DNA from: Parasitella parasitica NRRL 2501
Taxonomy: Eukaryota; Fungi; Mucoromycota
Length of the DNA stretch: 64,000 bases
Direction: 5' to 3'
Assembly: GCA_025201805.1 (NCBI GenBank)
Contig: MU619256.1
Span: forward strand, 267,225-331,224
The translations under genes and the position numbers were made by a program. The notes under the pieces are model-generated. The model was not told the DNA's origin and ran no database searches. It saw only the letters and a program-made list of their open reading frames with translations. The stretch's first letter is position 1; each line of letters opens with the position of its first letter. Positions 37,793 through 50,972 of the stretch are shown in pieces.

Positions 37793-40700
37793 GTCTTATT
37801 TACTGGTTGTTGTTGAGATGTTGCCGTAACAACTATCTTGGACGATTATAATAGGGGATTGCAATTGTTTAAGCATAGTTTAAAACTAACAAATAAATTG
37901 ACGCTTAATGTTTTCATGAAAAGGCCTCCTTTTATCAAAATTTTAAACATTATGCAGCCTGTGTTAAGCGAATGGTGCTTCTCCAATGGTGCGTCATTTG
38001 GAAATTCTGAAATGAAATTTCTTTCTACGAACGAATTAATGTTTTATGTTATTTTCGATAGGTTTTGCATGCGCCAAAAAGAACATTATCACACAATGAT
38101 ATATTAGAAAAGTCCAAATTGTTATATCCCTTTATAATAATATATAAGTGCAAAGTGGTTTTGACGATTTTACCAAGAGCATTGACGTGAGTTTTGTTAA
38201 GACTTATTTTACCAGGACAGCTTTTCAATCTTTTATCATGAATTCTTTTCACATTTGCCAATGTAATAATGCTTCATATAATAAAAATATTTCATACAGT
38301 TTATCATCTTAGCTTCTTGTCATGAATAGCGGATATGTTAAACAAGTCAATTCAATGAATTCTATATTTTAGTCACAGCCTCTCTTGATGAATACTAATA
38401 AATTTCCAACTAGTCTGTATTAAGTTATACTCTACATTAAAGATCCTGTCTTTTTATGACTAAGTCGCCGGATCTGTTTTGCATTAATACCCTTAACCAT
38501 TATTTCCCAATCATCCTATTTGGTAGGTACATTATATACTTTGAATAAACCAACTCCAGCGTTTTGCCCTTTGCTTTTTCATAGTTAAACCTCTGGTATA
38601 TACTAGGAGGATTTCTTAAACTCCAGCAAAATCTTACAATCTTACTTTACTGGTGTTGATAGGTTTGATCCTAGTAGGATTTAAACCACTAGTCCAGAGA
38701 TTTCTTCACAAGCAATAGATACTTTTCAATGCCATTTAGTATAATAAGTTGCAGTTCCTGAAGTGAACTAGACTAGATTTCCATCATTAAATATTGCCAT
38801 CATCCCAATAATAGCAGCTATCTTTACAAATTTAAACAAATAGCAGGGATAGGAATTGACATATGCCAAAACAGCATGTTATGCCGTAAACCAAGCTTGA
38901 AAAGGAACATTTTATCAAATAAATGAAAGCCTCCTAATCGCATTAGGAATAAAAGCATGTTCCTTGATTCATCGTTAGTTCAACTACATCAATAAACAAA
39001 TCAATATTCACACTCACGTAAGATAAGGATAGCTATGATGAAATTATTCTATTGTCCTGATGACTGACCATCGCTAATAAACACAAGTAGTATAATAGTG
39101 CATTTAGTCAGAACGGCTGATTAAAAATTAAAACATAACATGAAGAATAACGGAACCGATAAGAATTAACGATATAATAGTTTGCTAGTCAGACGATATC
39201 CAAATAATAAAAAAGAGATGTACAATAGCAGCTTATTGCACAAGAAAATACACTTTCAAAATAAAGAAGGATTCTAACCGAATCTTTTTTTACTGCGTTT
39301 CATTGCAGCTACGATTTAATAACATTTTTCACTTCCTGTCAAACTCCAAATGTTATACGATAAATATTGATTAGAATATATTTTAGTATAAATAGAGATC
39401 ATACTCTAATGTCAAGAAAAGTCCTCAGTTTTGTATCTGATTTTACTCAGAGTGTTATGTCAAAACTCTGATAAAATAAATCTGCTAAATAATTACTCTT
39501 CTATCCTTAAAAGACCTCTCAATGTATTGATCCACACATTCAACACACAAGGGTCCTGCTGTCTGACTGATGCACACCATGATCACCCGCCCTGATTTAC
39601 TTTATAAGACCCTGAGCTGATCTGGGAATTTGACGTAAAGACCTTACCATGTTATTGAAATAACACAGAGAATGTCTATATTTATTTTATTCATAAAATT
39701 TTCACTACATTTCGCTGTGCTCTTCACACTGGCACAACAAGCACTACCCTAAAAATGATAAACTACGACCATGAAAACATAGTGAAATTGAAAGGCTTTG
39801 AGATCTGAGATGTACAATGTGAATTCCGAAATCGTTTGTTTTTTTGCGGCGTTCAAAGCACCATTGAGAGCAGAAAATTTTGATGCTATATGGATTAGAT
39901 TCACGTAAGGTACAGGAATTAATGTACTTTGCTACACTAAAATACAGTCAGAATTACAGCTTTTTGCTCGTTACCACGGATAGAAACATCACTAGGAAAC
40001 CAAGAAAAGTGGCGTAATTGGTATGGATTGAATATCCGAAGTTTATTGTTGACAACTACAATGAGATTTTATACTTTCGCTTTGGAATCTAAACCATAGA
40101 TAGAGTCGTATAATACAACCACTACATTGATCTGCTTTCCACTTTTAGATTCATCTAGTTACCTTTAAACTGATATAGACTACATATATGCACAGTTAAT
40201 AAGATGTACAATACAGATTTATACTATATAAGATATAGGCTAGGGATCGCACCATTAGGATGGATGACGCTATAGACCTTGTACTTGTATCTCGACTTGG
40301 GTCTTAGACATTTACTTGGCTTGGTATGTGCTACGAGCTTAAGCCATATAAGATCTATGCTTCAGATGCGTATTTCCGCTTTCCAGGTACACACTACAAG
40401 ACATCTACTTATATTCATGATGCTCTACAGATATATTATGTACTACAGACTTGTAGATAAGTGCAATGCTATGGATATGTTTATGACATGCTATATACAT
40501 GTTACTTAAAAATATACACTTAGGCATGTACTATTAATCTACTAAATTGGAGTACACTAGAAATGATATACGCTTATGGATCGATATTAACGTACTCTAT
40601 ATGGAAGATTAATCAGGGTACCTCTATCTACTCACTTAAACAGATCAAAGTTATCTTTAGTCTGCTGAGGTGTCGTTTGGCACGAAATTAAAGATACTAA

Positions 40701-41456
40701 TTAATCAGAACTGTCTTACACGTTTAATTATGATAGTAAAGCGTTTATATAAAGATTCATCTTTCTGGCCAGCAGATGGACTAGGGCTTTATGCACCTGT
40801 CGATTTGATATCAATATCTAAGCCTTTATCAAGTTGCCATTTTTTTTTTTTATTTCTGCTGATTTGATAAACTAGTTTGTGAAGATAAATTTCAATGAAC
40901 AAGCAGCTTTGGCCATTGATGACTATTGCAAAGCTTAAAATCATGGATGGTAATCTGTTGAATTTCATTTAAAATTGAGGAATTATATACTTAATTGTAA
41001 AGTAGTTTCAAATATGATACAAGCAGCATTTTTTGTCACAAATAGAAATTTCAGGTACGTACACTGTACTGAAATTTGTGAGAATATAAACATTGATTCC
41101 CTGGCAAATGTAATCGTTTTTTGTTCATTGTTACATGTCATTCCACCCTTCTTCATCTCTTAAAACCTTGCGATTTATAATCTCGATATGAAATAACGCC
41201 TATCTCCGATATTTGAAACTGGGAAATGGCAGGAAAACCTGGAGTTGGTTTTGTAAAATTATTTAAAAAATGGTTCTCTTTGTCGAGTGTCAGATCTCTG
41301 GATTTCTCCATTCCTTTTCTTTCATTATTATATCTTACCCGTACGATCAAATTAAAGGGGCTCTAGACAACACAAAAGATAGGATATTTTATCGATTCAG
41401 TGAAAGAAAACCCTCCAGAGCAAGCAAAAATCAGAAAATATTACAAAGGACATTTT

Positions 41457-43698
41457 ATGAAAAGCTCTTCCCTCTGGAGGGCATATGTTATTTGCGGGTA
41501 TGTGCAGGAAGTTAGCTGCTGTAATATATTTGTACATTTTTATTAAGCCGTTGTTAGATTTTTAGGTATTGGTGGATTTATGGTAACAATAGATAATAGA
41601 AATAGAATTGGCAAATTTAATCCTAAACATGTTTTATTCTCTCTCGTAATCTGAAACTTTTTTAGTATGGGTGAGTGGAAGAAGAATTATATCACGTTGT
41701 TATTTATGTCAATTGTTCATTTTTAGTTATGATAATGGTGCTTTGGCTGGTTGCCTAGTGATGGACGATTTCCAAAAAACATTTTCATTCAACAGCAATG
41801 CAAAAAGTGCCGTCATCTTGTCCGTTCCATTAGCAGCATCTTCTGTGATGTCCATTGTGAGTAGCATAGCATATTATTCTCGTTATATTACTCGTATTTT
41901 AACAGAATCAAAAGCTGTCAGGTCCGATTGGAGATACAGTCGGTAGAAAGAGGTTTCTTTTCATTGCAAGTATAATACATACAATCGGAACGATCACACA
42001 ATGTGCAGGTCGATCTTTTGTTGCTTTTTTAATTGGAAAATTGATTGCTGGGTTTTCTCTGGGGTAAGTTTATTTGTACATTTACACATATTTATATCCA
42101 TATTAAAAGCATAATATCTAGCATGTTTAGTGTCATGTGTCCATTATGTATGTACAGTTAGAAGCATGTTGCCATTTGATTCTATACTAACCCTATTTTA
42201 GATCAGAGTGAAATATCATTACCGGAACACAGAGGCCGAATGATATCAATGCATCAGTTTGGTGTCACCATTGGATTTTGCCTAGCATTCTGGGTCACAT
42301 ATGGCACCTTCAACCTGGATCATGATTTATCGTGGATCATACCTTTGGGTATTCAAGTTGTGCCACCTTTTGTATTGATGTTTGGGCTATATTTTATCCC
42401 AGAGAGCCCTAGATGGCTGATCTATCAGGGCAGGTTCTCAGAGGCAAAGCATATTTTACAGATACTACGGGCAAAAAAGGACACAGACGATGTAGAGCTG
42501 AGGATGGAATGTACGGGCATTATCCAGGAGCGAAATTACGACCGAAAGTATTCGTCGCAGAGCTACACATATTTAATCTCCAAAGGGATTGACAATAACC
42601 GTAAACGAACAATCCTGGGTGTTGGTCTGCATATTATGACACAGCTGACTGGGATCAATGCTCTATTGTACAGTAGTAGACGATACACTATAACAACGGT
42701 ATTTTACTAACAGCATTTTTTTTTTTTTTTTTTTTTTTTATGATGCGATAGATTTTATTTGCCTTATATACTTGAATCCACTGGCATAGCGCAATGGAAT
42801 TCGGCTTTGTTGGGCAATGGCATTAGTGGCATGGTGAATATGTTGGCAACCATCCCTTCATTTCTCTACGTACGTGTCGATGTTTATGTTATACATTAAC
42901 ACTGTTTATGCTAACGCCACAAATCTAGATTGATAGATGGGGACGACGACGTATTATGATTATAGGAGGGATAGCAATGGCCATTTGCATGACTATCATC
43001 GCAGCAGTTCAGGGGACGTATTCCACCAGATTACCAGCTAACAAAGTGCAAATGTTTCCTGGGTCTGTATTTCCGATAACAGAGCACATTGCTGACAGCA
43101 GAGCATCATTCTGCGTATTGGTGTTTCTGTGTTTGTTTTTGGCTTGCTTTGCTTTGAGCTGGGGTTCAATGGGTTGGATTTACCCTGCGGAAATTTACCC
43201 TCAATCCATCCGTGCAAAGGGCTTGGGTGTCACTACTGGAGCTAGCTATGCCACCAGCATTTTTATTTCCCAAATTGCACCTGTGCTGTTCAGAGATATT
43301 GGATGGGGGACTTATCTTTTTTTTGGCGCTATTTGTCTGGTTCAGTCCTACATCGTCCACCAGTTCTACCCAGAAACCAGAGTAAGTGATTGCCATGAGA
43401 TCAAAATAAGGTTATTGAAACAAAAAGCAACGTTTAGGGTAGATCACTTGAGGAAATCCATTTGATTTTCAGTGGTGCATTGATTGATCAAAGTCCAGGG
43501 GCGCATCATCCTCAAACCGCATTTGAAGCGCTGTCGCACCTTAAACAGTTTAACATGAACAATGGCATTGATCTTTCAAAATCGTCTCTCCACGAAAGCA
43601 CGTTAGCTGCATCATCGTCGTCAACCGTGATCCAGCCAATAATATACCAACAACAACAGCAGCAGCAGCAGCAGAAACGTGAATCTATACTGGAATAA
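41457..43698 (+). CDS. MFS sugar porter (hexose transporter family), many small exons
   Basis: GGFMYGYDNG, DTVGRKR, YQSEISLPEHRG, PESPRWL, QLTGINAL, DRWGRR, WIYPAEIYP..IRAKG, PETRG. Confidence 0.92.
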
Positions 43699-43739
43699 CA
43701 GCAGTAGAATTAAAACCTTTAAATTAATAGATACGCCCA

Positions 43740-43823
43740 TACATATATACATATATTCATACACACATATACATACATACGGACATACATACATACATAC
43801 AGACATACATACATACATACATA
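43740..43823. repeat. (ACAT)n-type microsatellite
   Basis: acatacatac... in the 3' flank of the transporter. Confidence 0.85.
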
Positions 43824-44312
43824 CGCTTTAAACATCTTCTTTTCGATACCAAACAATCCAAAACAAGCAAAATTAAAATTTCCTCTCGGAATACTGGATT
43901 GAGTAACCCTGAAAAAGAGGCTATCAAATTTGAGCGGCATGTCTATTGCGAGTGTTCCACAAACGTTTTATTGTTACAAATCCATAACGGGTATTCCGAG
44001 AGTAATACTTGCCTTTTCATTTTCTAATGAAACACGTCTTTGACAAGTTTTGATACAGAAAGAAGGGGACATGGAAAGAGAGGAAGCCCGTAATGTTGCC
44101 AAATGTCTAATACAGCAGCTTATTGGAAGGCTTATTGTTGATTTATTATTATTTTTTATTGTTGTTAGGGAGTTTTATCTTTATAGGCAAATTGGGGGAG
44201 GGGGGAGGAAGAGAGGCTTTGATGAAAGTGTATAAATAAGCGACGGAACCGCCATTTTGTGCAAATTTTTTATCTTCTTTTTTTTCCTTTTTCTTTTCGC
44301 ACAAATCATAGC

Positions 44313-45006
44313 ATGCTCCAGCAGCCTTCTCCGTCATACAATTTTACCATCACTCGATCACATCAACTTCCATCGCCCTCCAAAAATGCCAGCAACAGCA
44401 AAATCCCATCGGTTTTAATTGGTAGGTCCATTACATGGATAAAAAAAAAAAAGCAAACCTTGTACTAAAATTTGTGCGCATTGATCTTGTAGATTTCACT
44501 GCAATGACGCTGTGTGATTTAATAAAGACAAGAAGCAGCAGCAGAAAAACCCGCTCTCTGCCAGAATTTGTATTCTTCGTTCAAAAAGTAACACATCTAG
44601 CCAATATAAATGTGAGAACATTACTGGTGGCATTGATCTACTTGAAGAGAGCCAAATCTAATTTGCCTAAAAGAGCAATTGGCAGTGATGGTATGTGTTT
44701 ATAGACAAACAATAAGAATAATGATGATTTCATATATGCTTACACAATCGTTTTTTTATAGACACTAACCATCGCATGTTTCTGGGCGCTCTGCTGTTAG
44801 CCTCCAAATTTTTGAAGGACACCACCTGGACGACGCACACCTTGAGCAACAGACGTGTTTATGAAATTTGCGGTGGCCTGTTCTCTATGGAAGACGTCTA
44901 TCAATTAGAAAGTGCCTTTCTCAAGCTGATTCAATATGACTGTTGGGTCGATGATGATATCTTGAATCGGTTTGTTGAATTGCATCGCTCTGATTTCTCA
45001 TTGTAA
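44313..45006 (+). CDS. Pho85-type (PCL/Pho80-like) cyclin, 3 exons
   Basis: LPEFVFFVQKV, TLLVALIYLKRAK, HRMFLGALLLASKFLKD, VYQLESAFLKLIQYD cyclin-box motifs. Confidence 0.85.
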
Positions 45007-45358
45007 ATTTCTCGCATATTATCAACTCATTTGTAACTACAAAACAAAAACACAAACACAAAACATCATCATGTAAATACACAAACACGCTATGCCCTTT
45101 ATTCTTTACTTTCCATCACACTCTATGTTTTTATGTTTTTCTTTGAAACCATACACCCATTATATCCCTCACATTCCCACCCTACTGTATTCTATATAGC
45201 TTGACACTGCAGTCATATTTAGGCCTAAAAGTTAATAAACATCATTATGATCATTCTTTATTTTAAAAATAACATAATAATGAAAATTTTCATATGTTGT
45301 CGATCTTGTAACTTTCGGATGATGCATTCCGAAACTGTTTGCGGTGTAACATTCTTAT

Positions 45359-45571
45359 TTATTGTTGTCGACTTTCCTTAATAGCATCATCTGGCTGTTG
45401 CTTTCCATTTGGACTATCGCTTTCTTTTCCAACGTCCACAGGTTTTGGATTTGCTGGTAAATCGTAATCGCCTAGCACCCAATGACTCACATTTTCCTCT
45501 GGTTTAGAATCGAAAGATCTAGATTTGGTGGTATTTTTACTTTCAGGAATAGTAGTATTTCCAATATCCAT
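45359..45571 (-). CDS. Small hypothetical hydrophilic protein (70 aa)
   Basis: ATG after an A-rich context; coding-like composition; no recognisable motif. Confidence 0.4.
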   Translation of the reverse strand: MDIGNTTIPESKNTTKSRSFDSKPEENVSHWVLGDYDLPANPKPVDVGKESDSPNGKQQPDDAIKESRQQ

Positions 45572-46969
45572 GATGATGTTTTGTAGTAAGATTGCGCAAG
45601 AGTTTAAGTAGGAATATATTTAAAATGGAGGGATATACCTGTTACAAAGAAGAAGGGGAGAAAAGAGAGTTAAAAAATGTCTGGGGTTATTATCTTGCAA
45701 TATCAAATCCTTTTTATTTACTCGGGGAATCTGTGCTATGTAATGTAAAGATCTCAATACATCACAGCTGCGAATGAGATGTACTAATAATAAAAGAATC
45801 GCTGGAAAGGTTACATAACAAGTCTTTCTTCCAAACGCCCTTTTTTTTTGTTTAACTCTGAAACAAATTGCAGAGTATTCAGGGAATATAGAGACATCAT
45901 GATCAGTGAAAATGACATGTCTTCTCAATTATCAGGTGAGCTTACAAAAGCTTATTTCAGTCGGAACAGACGTGAAAGCCTTCCGCAGGTCATCTTCCTC
46001 GTTTTTTCAATGTGATGTTAGTGTGATGCAACGCCAGCCAAGTGTTTAGAACAGGTGCTACTATATAGACCAAATTCTTGTCAGACATATCACTAGTGCT
46101 ATATTAGAAGCTGTGCTTGCATTATATATGGATCAATAGGAGTCTATAGAGCGATCTGAAATTCAAGGATTTCTACATTATACATGCGTCTTTTCAAATC
46201 AAATAAGTTATACATTTATTCAAGCCTTTAACAATTAACTAAAGTTTTATTCTTTAGAGTTTAATTCTAAAGCCCGAGGTCCGGCGACAAGCTCGCTATT
46301 CCACTTACACAGAATGTAAAGCAAACAGCGTGTTTCTGGAGAGGTTTTTAGTAGTCTTGGGAATGATAAACATATCCAGCACTTACTTGACGGCTTTTGA
46401 TGGGAGTTCCAGGATAGCCAAAGAGAAGTAGCGACAAATATCTAGAGCATTTATATGAAAACACGAGGATCCCAAAACGATTCCCTTCCCATGACAACCC
46501 AGGCGATCGTTTTACATGCGTAACTTGTAGTCTGTCTGATCATCTTCTGTTATATCACACTTTAACGGGTAGCCTTTACTTTCCACCAATATATCAGAGT
46601 TCAAGGTGTAGTGGCTTAAGCCAGCGAGAGTCTTAGGTTGATAGTTTCGACCACATCTTTCAGAGTTCTGACACTTTTTTAGGATCAGGCTTACTTCTCA
46701 TATGCTGCTCTCGTCTTCATTACTATCATTGTTAGTTTTAGTAACTAGCGTTCTGTTTTGAGAGAAAGCTGGCCATTCCGATTTATTTTGTTGCTTTCGA
46801 CGTATCAGTATATAGCAGGAAAAAAATTGTGTCAAGATGAATTAAGAGTTTACAACAGATGCAATCCCGGCTTTTCAAAAGCCAACTGGCTGGAATGACT
46901 TGAAAAAACAAACATATTTCATTATATAAGTTTTTTCATTATAGTATTACAATTTCAATTTTCCGGAAG

Positions 46970-48730
46970 TCATCCAATTATAGGCAGATCACTGTCATTA
47001 TCATCTTCAGAAGAAGAGGTAAAAGGACTTACAGACTCCTCATGAGCAGGGCTAGAGGATAACGTACCACTTGATAAATTCTGCAATGTGGTCTCGTTCT
47101 CATCCATGTAACATGTAGCAGCAGTGACAGGAGGCAAGCAGGCTACAGTTTTCCCGGCAGTTCTAATTGACCCTCTATGAGATCTACACGATGCTTTATC
47201 ATCTGAAGGAGAGTCTGCTTTCCGTGCAACCTTTTTCTTTCTGCCTCTGCGATTTCGCTTTAAAGAAGTTTCATTCTCGTAAACTGTGTAATCCTCTTCA
47301 TTGCTGCTATCATCATCAGAGCTCTGGTCTGTTCCACAGCCTGTTGAATCAGAATTTTGCGATTGCCATCCTCTACTTGGTATTACTCTAGGGACTATAT
47401 CCAGCTTATGGTGGTTTGATGAGACTTTCATACTCGTAGTAGTAGTAGTTGTAGCAGTAGCAGAAGATTCTTCGTAATCTGTAGTAAATGTAATTTGTCC
47501 GCTAAAATCGAAAAGGTTCGCAGCTTCGAGGATTTGATTTACTCGTTCGTCTTGCTGATCTTTTTCAATGTCAGTGTCAAGGGGTGGTTTGTGTGATCGA
47601 TGTGATGGCAGTGGCAGTGGTGGTGTTGATGATGGCGTCAGTTGATGCGATGATGATACTGGCGGTCTTAATGGCAGTATTCTGTGCAGCGCTCTCTTGT
47701 CCTGGACGCAATTTGTGCTGGTTGTGTGCGTTTGAATTACATATCTGTCTTGCTGCGTTTGAGAAGGTCTGAATTGAGCGATCTCCCTTGTGGTCGTGTA
47801 TATTTGATTTATTTCGTTTGACCTTGCAGGAATGTTGGCTGCTAGCATTCAAAAGCTGAGTTACGCACAATTCTTATATGATTGCAAGAAAATACACTTG
47901 CCTATAAAGGTTCCATGTTCGATGCTGACTGCATGTCTAAAGTTTTCTGGATCTTTTGAATTGTATTCACTGTACGACTCAAAGTACGATCCGTCCTTTA
48001 ATGCGCTCATAAAATGATCATCTAGCCGTGGTACAAAATATTTCGAATCTAATCTACCACTGCTAAGAGAAACCTGGTCGGGTAAGGCGTATTCATTCCT
48101 CATATCTGTGCTTGTTTTGATGGCGTATTTTTCAGGTTGGTAATGTGGTCCTGAAAATACAGAGATGTCCAAACGTCTCTTTTGTGTGCCAGACACTTTT
48201 GACGGAATGCATGGCTCCGGTTTCAATGTTAATGTTGTTGTTCCTTTGTGCATGTTTCTCAGGGATTGGTTTTTCGGGGCAAAAGATGGTATAACACTCA
48301 CTCGAGTTTTGTATGGTATATGTGATTGCTGGCCATTTGCTTTGTCCATGGGAGATGGAGATGAAACGGCTTTCGTTTCGCTGGACGACGTCGGCATCAT
48401 GGCAAAAGATACTGCTGGAGACTTTGTCCGTATAATGGCAGTTTTATAAAACGTATCAGCGTCTTTTGGTTGCTGCTGTTTCTGTTGCTGTTGTTGGATC
48501 ACAGTTGCTGGAGAATGGACTAATGGAGGCAAGTGGATATATAAATGATAATACTCTGCGAAATGCGAGTATTGCTGTGTATCGTGATAGAGTGCTCCAA
48601 GGTATACACATGGTTTTTCTCTACAGTTGTCATCAGATGGATGGAATGTTGGATAATAATGTCGAATGGCTTACGGTATGGTAATGTCTTTATTGTCGGT
48701 TGCTATGGTTTCGTCTATTTGAACGTTCAT
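46970..48730 (-). CDS. Hypothetical low-complexity protein; exons ~48730-48675, ~48620-47902, 47841-46970
   Basis: Two long ORFs joined in frame by a GC-AG intron (47842-47901); 5' exon MNVQIDETIATDNKDITIP joined by a GT-AG intron; NLS-like KRNRRGRKKK. Confidence 0.65.
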
Positions 48731-49018
48731 AACTTTTATTTCAAAGTTGTTAGTTTACAAGTGTAAAAAATGTGAATGGTTGACCCTTGAATTACCGTGC
48801 TTTCAATAGAGAAAAGGATGTTTACAAGGAATCGGCTGCTGTCAATTGAAGCATTGCAATCTAAAAAACAAGGGAAAAAAGATTGGAAATTTCAATACGC
48901 GTCAAGTTTGAGCAAACGGTAGATGCTATTGCATCATAATGTTTGCTCGATAAAAAAAGGTGTGTGTGTGTTCCATTGGTTTTCGCACAACTTCTTTCGT
49001 GTTTAATTCATATTTAAG

Positions 49019-49658
49019 ATGGTGGTAAATGCGCATCCTTTCTACTGCAAATCATGGAAGCTAGTTTATTAACAGATATGTTTAGCTTGTTCTTGCTATT
49101 GGGGATTTGCATATTCCTCATCGAAGCTATGGCCTTCCAGAAAAGTTTAAAAAGCTCCTCGTTCCCGGAAAGATCCAAAAGATTTTGTGTACAGGAAATA
49201 CAGTTGACAAGGAGACTTTTGATTACTTGCGAACTATTGCAGGCGATACTGTTGCTGTGAAGGGCGATTTCGACGATACAGCTAGCAAGCTACCTCAGGC
49301 TAAAGTTATCACAGAAGGCGAGTTGAGGATTGGCATTATTCATGGCCATCAAATTATTCCTTGGGGAGACCCTGAAGCTTTGGACATCACAGCTAGACAG
49401 ATGGAGGTGGACATTCTATTATCTGGACATACTCATAAATTTGAAGCGTATGAATATAATGGACGATTCTTTATCAACCCTGGCAGTGCCACTGGCGCAT
49501 ACTCTTCTATACCCGATGCTACAGAGCCTATTCCTTCCTTTGTATTAATGGACATTCAAGGCAGCTCGGTTGTCACCTATGTCTACAAGTTAATAGATGA
49601 TGAAGTCAAGGTCGAAAAGCTGGAATACAAGCGTCCTGCCGATGCAAAAATGTTGTAA
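49019..49658 (+). CDS. VPS29: Retromer subunit Vps29; 6-nt first coding exon, intron 49025-49085
   Basis: [57 protein letters not shown]. Confidence 0.96.
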
Positions 49659-49813
49659 TAAAAATAATCTCCCTTTCTCTCACATGTACCACTCTTACTT
49701 GTGTATGTTTCTGATTGTTCTGTCTAAAAAAAAAGTCGAGGTTTCCTTTGCTTTTTCGCCCCTTCTCCTTTTTTTTAATCTTTTATTTCTCTTTCTCAGC
49801 AGCTATATACAAC

Positions 49814-50935
49814 ATGTCATTGTCGACTTTAAAAGAGAATGGCTACATTCAAGTGGCCAAGGAGAGAGAGAACCCCCCAGTCAAGATTTACTATGAACTT
49901 CATGGCGATGGCCCTGAACATGTCGTTCTTATCATGGGTATGAGTACAAACATGTTTTTTATCGCACACTGTAACTAAAAATTACCTCAAATAGGACTAA
50001 ACTCTTCATGTTTCGCTTGGGAATTACAAACAAAATATCTGGCAGACACTGGGAAATACACAGTGCTGATTTTTGAGAATCGTGGTATGGGCCTATCCGA
50101 TGCGCCAAGGGGTCTTTACAGGTAAAAACTATTAATAATAATAATAAAAAACCCCCCATGCGAGCATCGTATTGATTGCCTGGTATGCATCTATATAGCA
50201 CTTCACAAATGGCCCAAGATGTCATTGACTTGCTGGATCATCTTGGTTGGAAAGAAAATGTGCATTTAGATGGTGTTTCAATGGGCGGTATGATCTCTCT
50301 TGAGCTAGTATCTACTTGGCCTGAAAGATTCGCATCTCTCGTTCTGACAAGCACAACTTCTGGCAGACAGATCCCTCCCGTAAGCAGCTATATATTTGTA
50401 TTTGTGCATTCATAAATTGACATGTAAGCTAATTTTACCCACACAGTTGAAAGCAATTACAACCTTAGGTAGATTAGTGTTCGTAAAAGATCCCAAGGTC
50501 AAAGTTAGTTCTGCCATAGATCTTGTGTATCCCCCTGAATGGTTATCAGCAACGCCATCCATAGATAGCCCTGAAATGGCTAAATTCGAGACCAATAGAG
50601 ACATGCTTGTGTCAATGGCTCTGGCAAGAATCGACCGTAGTAGGCCACAAACGTTAGGCGGTAACTTGGGTCAAATGGCAGCCTGCCTTCGCCATTATGT
50701 ATCTGATGAGCGACTTTTGAAGATTAGACAATCTGGGATACCAGTTTTAGTTATTACAGGAACATGGGATAACTTGGTTAATCCTCAGAACTCTTTCCAT
50801 CTGAGCAAAGTACTGGATTGCCAACTTGAGCAGTTCCAGGGTAGCGGCCATGGCTTACCGGGCGAGCAACCTGTTCGCTACAACAAACTACTAGATGAAC
50901 ATTTCTCCAGAGCAGCAGCTCCCAAGAATAAATAA
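49814..50935 (+). CDS. Alpha/beta-hydrolase fold protein
   Basis: YYELHGDGP, ENRGMGLSD, GVSMGG nucleophile elbow, GTWDNLV, GSGH catalytic His. Confidence 0.88.
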
Positions 50936-50972
50936 ATAATCTGTGAAAATAGAAAACAAAACGAGGTCTTTA

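Noticed and set aside
43621-43940. ORFs with MYVC repeats
   Set aside because: Translation of the (ACAT)n microsatellite
46250-46860. Possible pseudogene downstream of the 46970 stop
   Set aside because: Coding-like patches but no continuous frame or recognisable motif
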